Source of the DNA: Mobula hypostoma
Taxonomy: Eukaryota
Direction of reading: 5' to 3'
Assembly: GCF_963921235.1 (NCBI RefSeq)
Contig: NC_086097.1
Coordinates: 142,044,001 to 142,108,000 of the forward strand
DNA length: 64,000 bases
Shown: positions 52,502 through 64,000 of the stretch, in pieces
Layout of the letters: the number at the start of each line of letters is the position of its first letter
How positions within the stretch are numbered: position 1 is the first letter of the stretch
Made by a program: the position numbers and the translations under genes
The notes under the pieces: generated by a model
Told to the model about the DNA's origin: nothing
Database searches by the model: none
What the model saw: the letters and a program-made list of their open reading frames with translations, nothing else

Positions 52502-54095
52502 CAAACCCCATTTCCAGAAAAGTTGGGATATTTTCCAAAATGCAATAAAAACAAAAATCTGTGATATGTTAATTCACGTGATCCTTTATTTAACTGGCAA
52601 AAGTACAAAGAAAAGATTTTCAATAGTTTTACTGACCAACTTAATTGTATTTTGTAAACATACACAAATTTAGAATTTGATGGCTGCAACACACTCAGCA
52701 AAAGTTGGGACAGAGGCATGTTTACCATTGTGTTACATCATCTTTTCTTTTAATAACACTTCTTAATCATTTTGGAACTGAGGATACTAATTGTAGTAGA
52801 TTTGCAATTGGAAATTTTGACCATTCTTGCTTGACATAAGACTTCAGCTGCTCAACGGTCCGTGGTCTCCATTGTCTGATTCTCCTCTTCATGATGCGCC
52901 ATACATTTTCAATAGGAGATAGATCTGGACTGGCAGCAGGCCAGTCAAGCACACGCACTCTGTGTCTACAAAGCCACGCTGTTGTAGTCCGTGCAGAATG
53001 TGGTCTGGCATTGTCCTGCTGAAATAAGCATGGACGTCCCGGGAAGAGACGTCATCTTGATGGCAACATATGTCTCTCTAAAATCCTAATATGCCTCAGA
53101 GTCAATGGTACCTTCACATACATGCAACTCACCCATGCCGTGGGCACTGATGCACCCCCATACCATCACAGATGCTGGCTTTTGCACCTTTCGCTGATAA
53201 CAATCTGGATGGCCGTTTTCATCTTTGGAACTCGACACCCGTTTTTTCCGAAAACTAGCTGAAATGTGGACTCATCTGACCACAGCACACAGTTCCACAG
53301 TCTTTCGGTCCATCTGAGATGAGCTTAGGCCCACAGAACTCGCCGGCATTTCTGCATAGAGTTGATGTATAGCTTCCTCCTTGCGTAATACAGTTTCAAG
53401 TTGCATTTCTGGATGCAGCAACGGACTGTGTTGAGTGACAATGGTTTTCCAAAGTACTCCCGAGCCCAGGTGGCTATAATTGTCACAGTAGCATGACGGT
53501 TTCTTAGGCAGTGCCGCCTGAGAGCTCGAAGATCACACGCATTCAACAGTGGTTTCCAACCTTGCCCTTTACGCACTGAGATGTCTCTGAATTCCCTGAA
53601 TCTTTTCACAATATTATGTACTGTAGATGTTGAAAGACCTAAATTCTCTGCAATCTTGCATTGAGAAATGTTCCCTTTGAACTGACCAACAATTCTCTGA
53701 CGAATTTTGGCACAAAGGGGTGAGCCACGACCCATCCTTGCTTGCAAAGACTGAGCCTTTGATGGACGCTACTTTTATACCAGTCATGATACCTCACCTG
53801 CTACCAATTAGCCTGCTTAATGTGGAGTCTTCCAAACCGGTGTTACTTGAATATTCTGTGCACTTTTCAATCTTATTTTAACTCTGTCCCAACTTTTGTT
53901 GAGTGTGTTGCAGCCATCAAATTCTAAATTTGTGTATGTTTACAAAATACAATTAAGTTGGTCAGTAAAACTATTGAAAATCTTTTCTTTGTACTTTTGT
54001 CAGTTAAATAAAGGTTCATGTGAATTAACATATCACAGACTTTTGTTTTTATTGCATTTTGGAAAATATCCCAACTTTTCTGGAAATGGGGTTTG
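52502..54095 (-). mobile_element. Full-length Tc1 (DD34E) DNA transposon with 214-bp TIRs, defective transposase
   Basis: TA duplications at 52500-01 and 54096-97; TIRs 52502-52715 and 53882-54095. Transposase 53735 to 52722 reads MGRGSPLC...FQQDNARPH...SPDLSPIENVW, with 34 residues between D and E and an in-frame stop at 53325. Confidence 0.95.
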
Positions 54096-54287
54096 TATTT
54101 ATTTAGATATATTTCAGTTAGCACAACTAATTAAAACAAAAAAACATCATAGGAGGAGGAAATTATCATCTATCCTCACACAATGGCAAGTAAGAACCCA
54201 CAACATACAAGGTTATGAAGTCAATAGCTAACTAACATAGTGTACTATCCCTTCCAATACCCCTTACATGAAAATATTGTAACGTAC

Positions 54288-54462
54288 ATGTTGGTCTTCT
54301 AGGGGTAGAGGCTGTGGTATTTCTTGGAGTTGACCCAGCAGTAGCTGCTACCTTTTGTACTGATGTTGTACTGCTCTTAACAGTAATGTTACTGGGTGTT
54401 TTTGTCACACCTGCAGATGGTGGTCTAGATGAAGGCTTTGTTGGACTCTTTGACTCAGTTGC
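54288..54462 (-). CDS. map4: MAP4 exon, Pro/Ser/Thr-rich region (ATESKSPTKPSSRPPSAG...STPRRPT), 175 bp, phase 0 to 1
   Basis: Acceptor tttttacag|GCAACT, donor ACAT|gtacgt. Lies inside ORF 54232..54495 and is in phase with the next exon. Confidence 0.88.
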
Positions 54463-55829
54463 CTGTAAAAATAAAGAAAACAAGATGTATGGCAACTGTT
54501 ACGTAGCATCAGAATGCAAGGAAATAGCGCCAACTCTGATGACAAAACAGATGTATTAAACGTGTACAGAATCTCAATACATCTCTCAAGCACATAAAAA
54601 TAGTTCATTAACTATTAAACACTTTCAAGAATAATGGACAATTTAAAATAAATGTTGCAGTCAATTTGCATACATTAGGAACCAACAAACCAATGAGACA
54701 GCAAGTTACACTTCTTTTTGCTCTTAAGACTCTACAGAGGAAGTGAAAATTATGGAATCTCTGTATTAGAAATCAACAAAGATTTAATGGGTGCAAAGGC
54801 CAGGATTCTATGGTGATGCTATTTGAAGGATCAATGAACAAGAAACCTGTTAATCTTTCTTGAATATTAACATCCATGCAAACCCTAGCTCAGGAAGGAG
54901 AACATTGACTTAAGAATGACTTGAAAGATAGCTGCACAAATATTAATGCACTATAGCATCTCTTACCTTCTTAAAATGGAAATGTCAATTATATTACACT
55001 GATTTATATTACACTGTCATCTATTTACATTACATTTGTCAAAAAGCCCATATTCCTGACACACCTTCAAAACTCTTTGGCTATTACTGGCAGGATTTAT
55101 GACAGTGAGGAGCCACGCTTAACTATTTTTTGAATACTTCCCACTGCAGTTTCCAGCCTAGTCAAGGATCAACTTTTTTCACCATATATATTTACATAAA
55201 TTAGGAAATTGGGTTAATTAAATTAACAATCTTACTGAAGTTCAATCTTTACCCTTTTTCAGAACAATGCCTAAATTCTTATTAGTATTTTTCCCATTGA
55301 TCCCTTAGACCAAGTCCAGAACTGTCTGATCAAGCTGCATGCAGATTTTAAATGACTATAATTTTACAGGATTAACTCTAAGATGGTTAAAACCTCCCTT
55401 TATTATTGATTAATTTCTGTACTAGTCAGAAATGTGCACACATATTTGCCTTTTTAACCTTCCCCTAATATACCTCAGCAGCATGCTTGTCCTTGTTTGG
55501 TTCAGTTGAATGTTAATATCTTCATTTCTTGATCTAAATAATATAATTCCTTCTCATAGTTGTAATAGTTTGGTAAACCAATATTGTTATGTCAGCTTCC
55601 TTTCCCATCTCCTTTTTATCTAAAACCCTGTATCCAAAATATTGAGCTGCCAATTCGACTGTTCTTAAAAAACTAACTGGGTTTCCAACTGAGCCAAGTT
55701 GGTATACTGGCAAGTTACACAAAGCACAATATTATAGATTAATTTTCAATTCCAGTGATGCTAATTATAGCTGACGCGTTACGGCTGGCTTATGAGCTGC
55801 AGAAGAAGAGCATCCTGTTGGTGACAAAG

Positions 55830-57790
55830 TCATACAGTGGAAAATGACCCTTCAACCTTATCTGTGCCGACCAAAGTGCCTAATTAAGCTAGACCTTTTC
55901 AACTTGTGTTTGGCCCACTTCCCTCTAAACTTTTCCTCTCCCTGTACCGTTCTAAATGTCTTTTAAACATTGTGAATGTTCCTGCCTCCACCACTTCTTC
56001 TGGTAGCGTAAAGTTCATAAGTACATTTACTATCAAAGTATATATACGATGTACAATCTTGAGATTTGTCTCCTAACAGTTTGTGTGAAAAACTTGCCGT
56101 TTGGGTAATCTTTAAATCTTTCCCCACTCACTTTAAACCTACACCCTCTAGTTCTGACTTACCTATCCTAGGAAAAAATCTGTGACCATCCACTTTATCT
56201 ATGCCTCTCATGATAATATAAATCTTTATAAGCTCATCCTTCAATGCTTCAAAGAAAGTGGTCTCAGCCCATCCAATCTCTCCCAATAACTCAATCCCCG
56301 AGTCCCGGCAACATTCTTGTGAATCTTCTCTACATCCTCTCTAGCTTAATCACACCTTCCTTTAATATGTCCAGATCTGCACATGATACTCCAAGTGTGG
56401 TCTCATCAATGTCTTGTACTACCATAATATGACATTCCTACTCTTGTACTTAGTGCCCTGATCAATGAAGGCATGTTCAATTTGCCTTCTTCAGCTTACT
56501 GTCTAATTATGTCACCACTTTCAGGAAACTCTGTTGTGGATCTACAGGGCCTTACCATTCACTGTGTATGCCCTACCCCAAGTTAATTTCCCTAAATGTA
56601 TTACTTCACATTTGCCTGAACTGAATTCCAAGAGCCATGCCTTTGCCCATTTTCCCAACAGATCTGGATCCTGTTGTAACTTTAGATAACATTCTTCATT
56701 AAACCACCACACCATCTATTTTGGTGTCATCACAAACCTTACCTCAGCTTGTCCTTCCAGCCCTTCTTTAAGCCCTCCAATCTTACGCTACATCACCTGG
56801 CTAATGAAGATTAAAAAATCACACCCAGGACTTCAGCAATTTATTTCCTTGCCTCCCACAATATCCTACGATGGACCTGGCCAGGCCCTGAGGATTTATC
56901 AACTTTTATGCACCTCAATACTGCCATCACATCCTCTTTCAAAAAGTTGATATGTTTCAGGACATCACTGTTATTTTTCTTGAACTCTGTAACTTCCATA
57001 TCCTTCTCCAAAGTATAGCTGAGAAATCACAAACAAGAGAAAATCTGTAGCTACTGCAACTCCAAGCAACACACATAAAATGCTAGAGGAATAAGCTTGT
57101 AAAGATTTGGCCTGCTGGGTTCCTCCAGCAATTTGTGTGTTACAACTGAGAAGTATTCATTTTAGACCTTCCCATTATCTTGTGGCCTCACACACAGATA
57201 ATCACACTGATCCCTACTGGGATCTACTCTTTCCCTTGTTACCTTTTTGCTCTTTATATGGGATCTTTTAGGATTCTCCTTTACTTTATCTGCCAAGGAT
57301 GTCTCAAATTCTCTTACTGTCCTCCCAATTTCCTTCTTAAATGCACTCCTACTAGGATTCCATCTGCTTATACCCAATACATACCTCCTCCTTTTTCCTG
57401 ACTGGAGCCTCAAGATTCCTTGTCAACCAGGGTTCCCTTATCCTGACAGTCCTGCACTTTACTCCAGAAGAAACATGTTGGCACTGAATTATCCTTATAT
57501 GATTTTTAAAGCCTCCCATTTGCCACCCCATCCCCTTCTACCTGCTAACACCCGCTATCAATCAACCTTTTCAAGTTCCTGTCTAATGCCTTCAAAATTA
57601 GCCAAGCTCCAATGTAGGATTTTAATTTACCTAGTTTTATCTATTTAAAATCTATAGAATTATGGTCACTGGTCCCAAAGCGCACCCCCACTGACACATC
57701 AGCAACTCGCCCTGCGTCATTTCCAAAGAGGTTGAGTGTCAGGCCCTTCTAGTAGGGCTATCTACATATTGCTAGAGTTCTTGGTTCTGT
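55830..57790 (-). mobile_element. Degraded CR1 fragments with small nested insertions
   Basis: CR1 3' end at ~55830, RT remnants, and ORF 57162 (LADKVKENPKR...IKSKKVTRERV). A Penelope-type terminus is nested at ~57025-57145. Confidence 0.75.
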
Positions 57791-60702
57791 TCACTGATTT
57801 TGAGACTTTAGTTGTGACTTAAGCATGATTGAATACAATTATTCATAGTTGCTGTTTCAAACAGAAGCACTCTTGCTGTGTTCAAAACGAAAATTCAATC
57901 AGCTCTATCAACTGGACAAGGACATGAACTTCCTATGAGCTAAAATGCTTTCTACATAAGTTTGTGTCATCCAAGACCTGGTCTTTTCCAAGTCTGATAT
58001 TTGCAAAACATTTCCTATCAGCAACACAAAAATACTATTTTACATGAGTTAAGCTTATAATTCTTTTATTTTTCCTGCATGAAGCCCAGTACACACACAC
58101 TCCAACCCTCACTGTTCTCCTAACTCACCATGTTCAGTGTTTAACATCTTCTCTAGCCCATCCTTTCCTGACTTAGACTGAGGCTATGTACCCAGACCTG
58201 AGCTTAAGAAAGCATGCTCTCCACCACAAGAAATGTTTACTTTCTAGTACTGTATTTCCCCTCTAAACCTAGCATTCTTTCCAAATATTTCCCTTCCATT
58301 AAACTTCTCACAAAGCCATTTTCTTCTATCTTCCATATCTAAATATTTCAAGGATAATGTTTCATCCCTTTTCTTCAAACTGCCCTAATGGCTGCATATC
58401 ACCGAAGAACTTAATCAAACACACAAAGCTAAACAACCAGAAACTTCATAACTGTTTTTTAATGTCATGGCAATTTAAAATCAGAGAAAGTTACAAGATG
58501 GAAGAAAGCCACATGGTCCATGCTGGGTCTCTGCAAGAGCCAACTCATCTTGGGATACCATGGACCTTAAGCTTCTGGACCAGCCTACTGAGCATGGCCT
58601 TATGCCTTATTTTAGTCCACACAGATGATACCTATCATCCTGTTTTCAATCTTAATTACCTGCTCAAAGTATTTAATCTAATTAATGTGGCAGTAATTCC
58701 CCAATAAGACCATACAGATTTTCCCTGATCAGCTCTCGCCTTTCCAAAGGTACATACAGTAAACCCTAACTCTCGGGATCTTCTCCATTAGTAGCACAAG
58801 GCTCACCAACATGTAGTTACCAGGCTCAATCCTGCTGCCCTTAAGAAAAGGAACACTAACTTTAAAACTCGTCTTCTGGAACCTCATCTGTGTCTAACAA
58901 AAACACGTACATCTCATTTGGCTCCAGTGCTTCCCAGCACAAACTGGAATAGTTCTCATCCAGCCTAGGGGGTTGCCCATAACATCCTCAATCTCCTCAT
59001 TCTGAACATTTATCTGCACCAGATCATCTCTGTACCCTGCCTGAACCCACTTTCTTCCACTTACTTCTCCACATTGTACGGATCTACATATTGATTTCCC
59101 ATTTGGTCTATAAAGGGCTTACTCCAGCCCTAACTAATAACAGAAAAATTAATTCTCCTGTACATCCTCTACAACCCTTCAATTTGTTCTCTTTTAACCA
59201 CTTGTACTTTTCCCTTTCCAATGTCAAAACTGAATCTGTCTTTGCTAATCCCATAACCACTCACTTCCCCACCAACGCTACTTATTGAGTATATAAAAAA
59301 TGTTTTCCCATGTGTCATTTTAGGTTCTTTTGCCCATTACCTTCACCCTATGGTTGCTAATTCTTAACCCTACTGCCAATGGAAACATCTAAAGATGCCG
59401 ACAGTCCTGAGTGTTTTCAGTATTTTCTGTTTTTCAGATTTCTTGCGTATGCACTTCTGATTTTCATTTACTCTTTCTTAGATATCTACTATTGCACAAT
59501 GAGAATGGCTATTGCGGTAAACAAAATAACAAAAGACAAATGCATAAAATCAAGAGCTGTTACTGAGATAAAACAGATGTTTTTATTCTTTTCAGGGAGT
59601 TCCTCAGGATAATTTACTTCCACTCCAGTTTTATAAGATAGCTGATGAAGTCAATGTAGGACCCCCACAGAGAGGATAAGTGGTGTCCAAAAGGGTGGGC
59701 TAAAAGATACCATGCAAAGTGGTAAATTCCTTCTGCTGTTTATTCTGGGGTTCCATGTGGTCCCAGTACGTGGCTTAGTGCTAATCCAAATACTCCATTT
59801 CCACCGTAACAAATCACTGGTCATAGATTCTCAGGAGTAAATGGGAAAGTTTCATTTTTTACCTCTCCGTGGCTTCGGGAACAACCTTGAGTCAACGACT
59901 TTTTCCGGTGACAGTGCTTGGAATAGACCACTCTGTAAGCTTGGTGTCAGCAGTGCAAACAACATGACCTGCCTGGCTGAAAGCTCTACTATTCCTCAAG
60001 GGAAAAGAAGCAGCTCTTCAAGCACATGAAGGCTGTGACTCAAGACAAAACTCATGGTGTAAAGAGCAAAAGGATTGTGCAATGAGTGAAGAAGGCCCAA
60101 CAACACTCTGACAATCATGAAGGGCACAAGTTCTTTGGTGAAAGCCACCTAGGAACTAAACACACAAGGTTGCATCGAATTGGGAGCCAAGGCTGGAAAT
60201 GAATTTCTCAAAAGTAGGCAAGCAGTTTCTTTGAGTATTCTCTGTATATGAGAATCTTTGATCTGAGTGACATGAACTCCACAGTGCAGCAACTTACTTA
60301 GTCCATACTTGCTGTCACTGATAACTAACACAAAGTCAAATGTTAACTAAATATTAACAAGCAAGCTTTGGGAGCCGACAGTGTCGTTACAGAATTTTAG
60401 TTTTCTGTGATGAGGATCTTCCAATCACAAATCTCCAAACGTGCCATTCCTATCTGGAAAGAGGAAGATATTCCGGGGATGTGACTATCTTCAAGAACAC
60501 AGACAAATCAAATGGTGGTTATAAGCAGGGGGATCTCACAATTGTCTATTACAGGGAAAGTCATTCAACCACTACCTGTCAGTGCGTTAAGAGCTGTGAA
60601 GATTTGTTGATTTAGGGATATAGTAGACATTACTTTCACTACTCAAGAACTCCAAACAAATGCAAACAACAGCAACAACTTCTTAATGCAACCTTATACT
60701 GC

Positions 60703-63173
60703 TTCAATCTACATATAGATTGGGTGAACCAAGGGTGTTGAGGAAGACGATTTCTTGGAATGTATGTGGGATAGTTTTCTGAACCAACGTGCCGAGGAAC
60801 CAACTAGAGAGCAGGCCATTCTAGACTGGGTATTGAGCAATGAGGAAGGGTTAGTTATCAATCTTGTCGTGCCAGGCCCCTTGGGTAAGAGTGACCATAA
60901 TCTGGTGGAATTCTTCATTAAGATGGAGAGTGATATAGTTAATTCAGTAACAAAGGTTCTGAACTTATAAGAAGGGTAACTTTGATGGTATGAGACGTGA
61001 ATTAGCTAAGATAGACTGGCAAATGATACTTAAAGGGTTGACGGTGGATATGCAATGGCAAGCATTTAAAGATCGCATGGATGAACTACAACAATTGTTC
61101 ATCCCAGTTTGGCAAAAGAATAAACCAGGGAAGGTAGTGCACCCGTGGCTGACAAGGGAAATTAGGGATAGTATCAATCCCAAAGAAGAAACATACAAAT
61201 TAGCCAGAAAAAGCGGCACACCTGAGGACTGGGAGAAATTCAGAGTCCAGCAGAGGAGGACAAAGGGCTAGGAAAGGGAAAAAAGATTATGAGAGAAAGC
61301 TGGCAGGGAACATAAAAACTGACTATGAAAGCTTTTATAGATATGTGAAAAGAAAAAGATAGGTTAAGACAAATGCAGGTCCCTTACAGTCAGAAACAGG
61401 TGAATTGATCATGGAGAACAAGGACATGGCAGACCAATTGAATAACTACTTTGGTTCTGTCTTCACTAAGGAGGACATAAATAATCTCCCGCAAATAGTA
61501 GGGGACCGAGGGTCTAGTGAGATGGAGGATCTGAGGGAAATACATGTTAGTAGGGAAGTAGTGTTAGGTAAACTGAAGGGATTAAAGGCAGATAAATCCC
61601 CAGGGCCAGATGGTCCGCATCCCAGAGTACTTAAGGAAGTAGCTCAAGAAATAGTGGATATTTAGTGATAATTTTTCAAAACTCTTTAGATTCTGGACTA
61701 GTTCCTGAGGATTGGAGGGTGGCTAATATAACCCCGCTTTTTAAAAAAGGAGGGAGAGAGAAACCAGGGAATTATAGACCGGTAAGCCTGACATCTGTGG
61801 TGGGGAAAATGCTAGAGTTAATTACCAAAGATGTGATAACAGCACATTTGGAAAGCGGTGAAATCATCGGACAAAGTCAGCATGGATTTGTGAAAGAAAA
61901 ATCATGTCTGACGAATCTCATAGAATTTTTTGAGGATGTAACTAGTAATGTGGATAGGGGAGAACCAGTGGATGTGGTATATTTGGATTTTCAAAAGGCT
62001 TTTGACAAGGTCCCACACAGGAGATTAGTGTGCAAACTCAAAGCACACGGTATTGGGGGTATGGCACTGATGTGGATAGAGAATTGGTTGGCAGACAGGA
62101 AGCAAAGAGTGGGAATAAACGGGACCTTTTCAGAATGGCAGGCAGTGACCAGTGGGGTACCGCAAGGCTCAGTGCTGGGACCCCAGTTGTTTACAATATA
62201 TATTAATGACTTAGACGAGGGAATTAAATACAGCATCTCTAAGTTTGCGGATGACACAAAGCTGGGTGGCAGTGTTAGCTGTGAGGAGGATGCTAAGAGG
62301 ATGCAGGGTGACTTGGATTGGTTAGGTGAGTGGGCAAATTCATGGCAGATGCAATTTAATGTGGATAAATGTGAGGTTATCCACTTTGGTGGCAAGAACA
62401 GGAAAACAGATTATTATCTGAATGGTGGCCGATTAGGAAAAGGGGAGGTGCAACGAGACCTGGGTGTCATTGTACACCAGTCATTGAAAGTGGGCATGCA
62501 GGTACAGCAGGCGGTGAAAAAGGCGAATGGTATGCTGGCATTCATTGCAAGAGGATTCGAGTACAGGAGCAGGGAGGTACTACTGCAGTTGTACAAGGCC
62601 TTGGTGAGACCACACCTGGAGTATTGTGTGCAGTTTTGGTCCCCTAATCTGAGGAAAGACATTCTTGCCATAGAGGGAGTACAAAGAAGGTTCACCAGAT
62701 TGGTTCCTGGGATGGCAGGACTTTCATATGATGAAAGACTGGATCGACTAGGCTTATACTCTCTGGAATTTAGAAGATTGAGGGGGAATCTTATTGAAAC
62801 ATATAAAATTCTGAGGGGATTGGACAGGCTAGATGCAGGAAGATTGTTCCCGATGTTGGGGAAGTCCAGAATGAGGAGTCACAGTTTGAGGATAAAGGGG
62901 AAGCCTTTCAGGACCGAGATGAGGAAAAACTTCTTCACACAGAGAGTGGTGAATCTGTGGAATTCTCTGCCACAGGAAACAGTTGAGGCCAGTTCATTGG
63001 CTATATTTAAGAGGGAGTTAGATATGGCCCTTGTGGCTCAAGGGATCAGGGGGTATGGAGAGAAGGCAGGTACAGGGTTTTGAGTTGGATGATCAGCCGT
63101 GATCATAGTGAATTGCGGTGCAGGCTCGAAGGGCCGAATGGCCTACTCCTGCACTATTTTCTATGTTCCTATG
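60703..63173 (+). mobile_element. Young 5'-truncated CR1 LINE
   Basis: Begins inside the EN domain (FNLHIDW, LGKSDHN) with few lesions; 3' tail ttttctatgttcctatg. Confidence 0.96.
61665..63083 (+). pseudogene. Uninterrupted 472-aa CR1 reverse transcriptase and C-terminal segment
   Basis: NYRPVSLTS, YLDFQKAFDKV, GVPQGSVLGP, KFADDTK. The upstream part of ORF2 is broken. Confidence 0.93.
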
Positions 63174-64000
63174 CTTCATTAAAACCTTTTGACTTCATCC
63201 ATCAAGTGGGACTATGAAGTGCACTCCTCAAATTGAGCAAGCAAAGAAATTCATTTTCACTTTATGGCTGCTTCATAATACTGGGTAGGTGATAACTGAA
63301 AGAAGCACAAAACCAACCACAGTGCAGCCTGGTTTTAAACAAGCCTGCATCACTGCCCTGAGTCATTTTGTGATCTTTCTTACTGCAAATTTGCACCTCA
63401 TCTCCAGCATGAGTGAAAGCAAACTACAAGGCTAACAGGGAACTTAGGTTATTTCCAGAACAAAAATGATTCTGAACTCAGCAGTCAAGCTAAGTATAAA
63501 ACAACACTTGTGACATCAGACATCTGATGGCCAAGCTCCATATCGTCTTTGAATCTTCGACTCTTTTACTGACAAATATGAGGAAATGAGTTACAGTGAA
63601 CAAACTTCAAATCTGTTAACAATTTGCAGCTGCTCTGTGACATTGCTCCCTGTCAAAAAGGTTCATTGTATGACACTGGAAAATGTTGCTATATTCCACA
63701 TCTCAGGAACCATTTTTCAGTGAAGGCTGAAGAAATACATCCCTGCCAATTTTTAAGACAGCTATTTTTATTTAATTCTAATCATATAATGCTTTGATCC
63801 CCTAACTATATCATCCTTTACTTGTGCCATAGAAAATTTCTCTTGCTACAGGCACTGAAAATCTGTTCTCTTGCATGCACTCACAAACATGGACACAATA
63901 CCTACCTCCCCATATCTCAACCTTCAAATGCTTCAGTCCCATCATACACCCAATTCTCAGTTGCACTCAGCATCCTTCCCTGAATACATATGACCTGTAC

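Larger units (their letters stand above)
8535..54462 (-). other. map4: Partial (3') gene span of microtubule-associated protein 4; nine coding exons found in the window
   Basis: Spliced translation gives Pro-rich region - R1 - pseudo-repeat - R2 - R3 - R4 - tail. The pseudo-repeat exon, the IKTE.K..EV.K exon and the acidic tail ending QIQET fit MAP4 rather than MAPT or MAP2. All exon phases are compatible. Confidence 0.93.

Noticed and set aside
8535..54462. Calling the gene MAPT (tau) or MAP2
   Set aside because: The pseudo-repeat exon, the IKTE exon and the acidic QIQET tail exon are MAP4 features.
55789..55802. Possible micro-exon after a minus-strand acceptor (ttcttctgcag|CTCATAAGCCAGCC|gtaacg)
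   Set aside because: Weak donor, 14-nt length and no recognisable homology; it would need RNA evidence.
59640..60600. Possible upstream map4 exon
   Set aside because: No open Pro/Lys-rich frame with good splice sites was found; more likely an ancient repeat remnant.
1..64000. CRISPR arrays, retrons or other prokaryotic RT systems, tRNA or rRNA genes
   Set aside because: No regularly spaced repeats or RNA-gene signatures were seen; all RT domains belong to eukaryotic non-LTR retrotransposons.

Overview
Eukaryotic, repeat-rich vertebrate genomic DNA. The repeat families suggest a cartilaginous fish, but this is inference. The window holds the 3' part of a MAP4 gene (MAP2/tau family microtubule-associated protein) on the minus strand. 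Nine coding exons were reconstructed by hand with consistent GT-AG boundaries and phases: 54288-54462, 51816-51878, 49812-50140, 43872-43994, 33131-33223, 25427-25508, 16658-16770, 10368-10533 and 8535-8741. They encode the Pro-rich region, four KXGS microtubule-binding repeats plus the MAP4 pseudo-repeat, an acidic tail exon, and a terminal exon read in two frames (an immediate stop or a strongly tau-like C-terminus). The 5' exons were not found and probably lie beyond 64000. The introns contain CR1 LINEs of several ages, Rex1/Babar LINEs, two Tc1 DNA transposons and several Penelope-like (GIY-YIG) insertions. The most unusual non-genic signal is a set of TSD-flanked fold-back Penelope-derived insertions (about 0.2-1.2 kb) built around minimal hammerhead ribozyme motifs; one motif is intact on the MAP4 sense strand. 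No prokaryote-type systems (CRISPR, operons, rRNA, tRNA) were seen.
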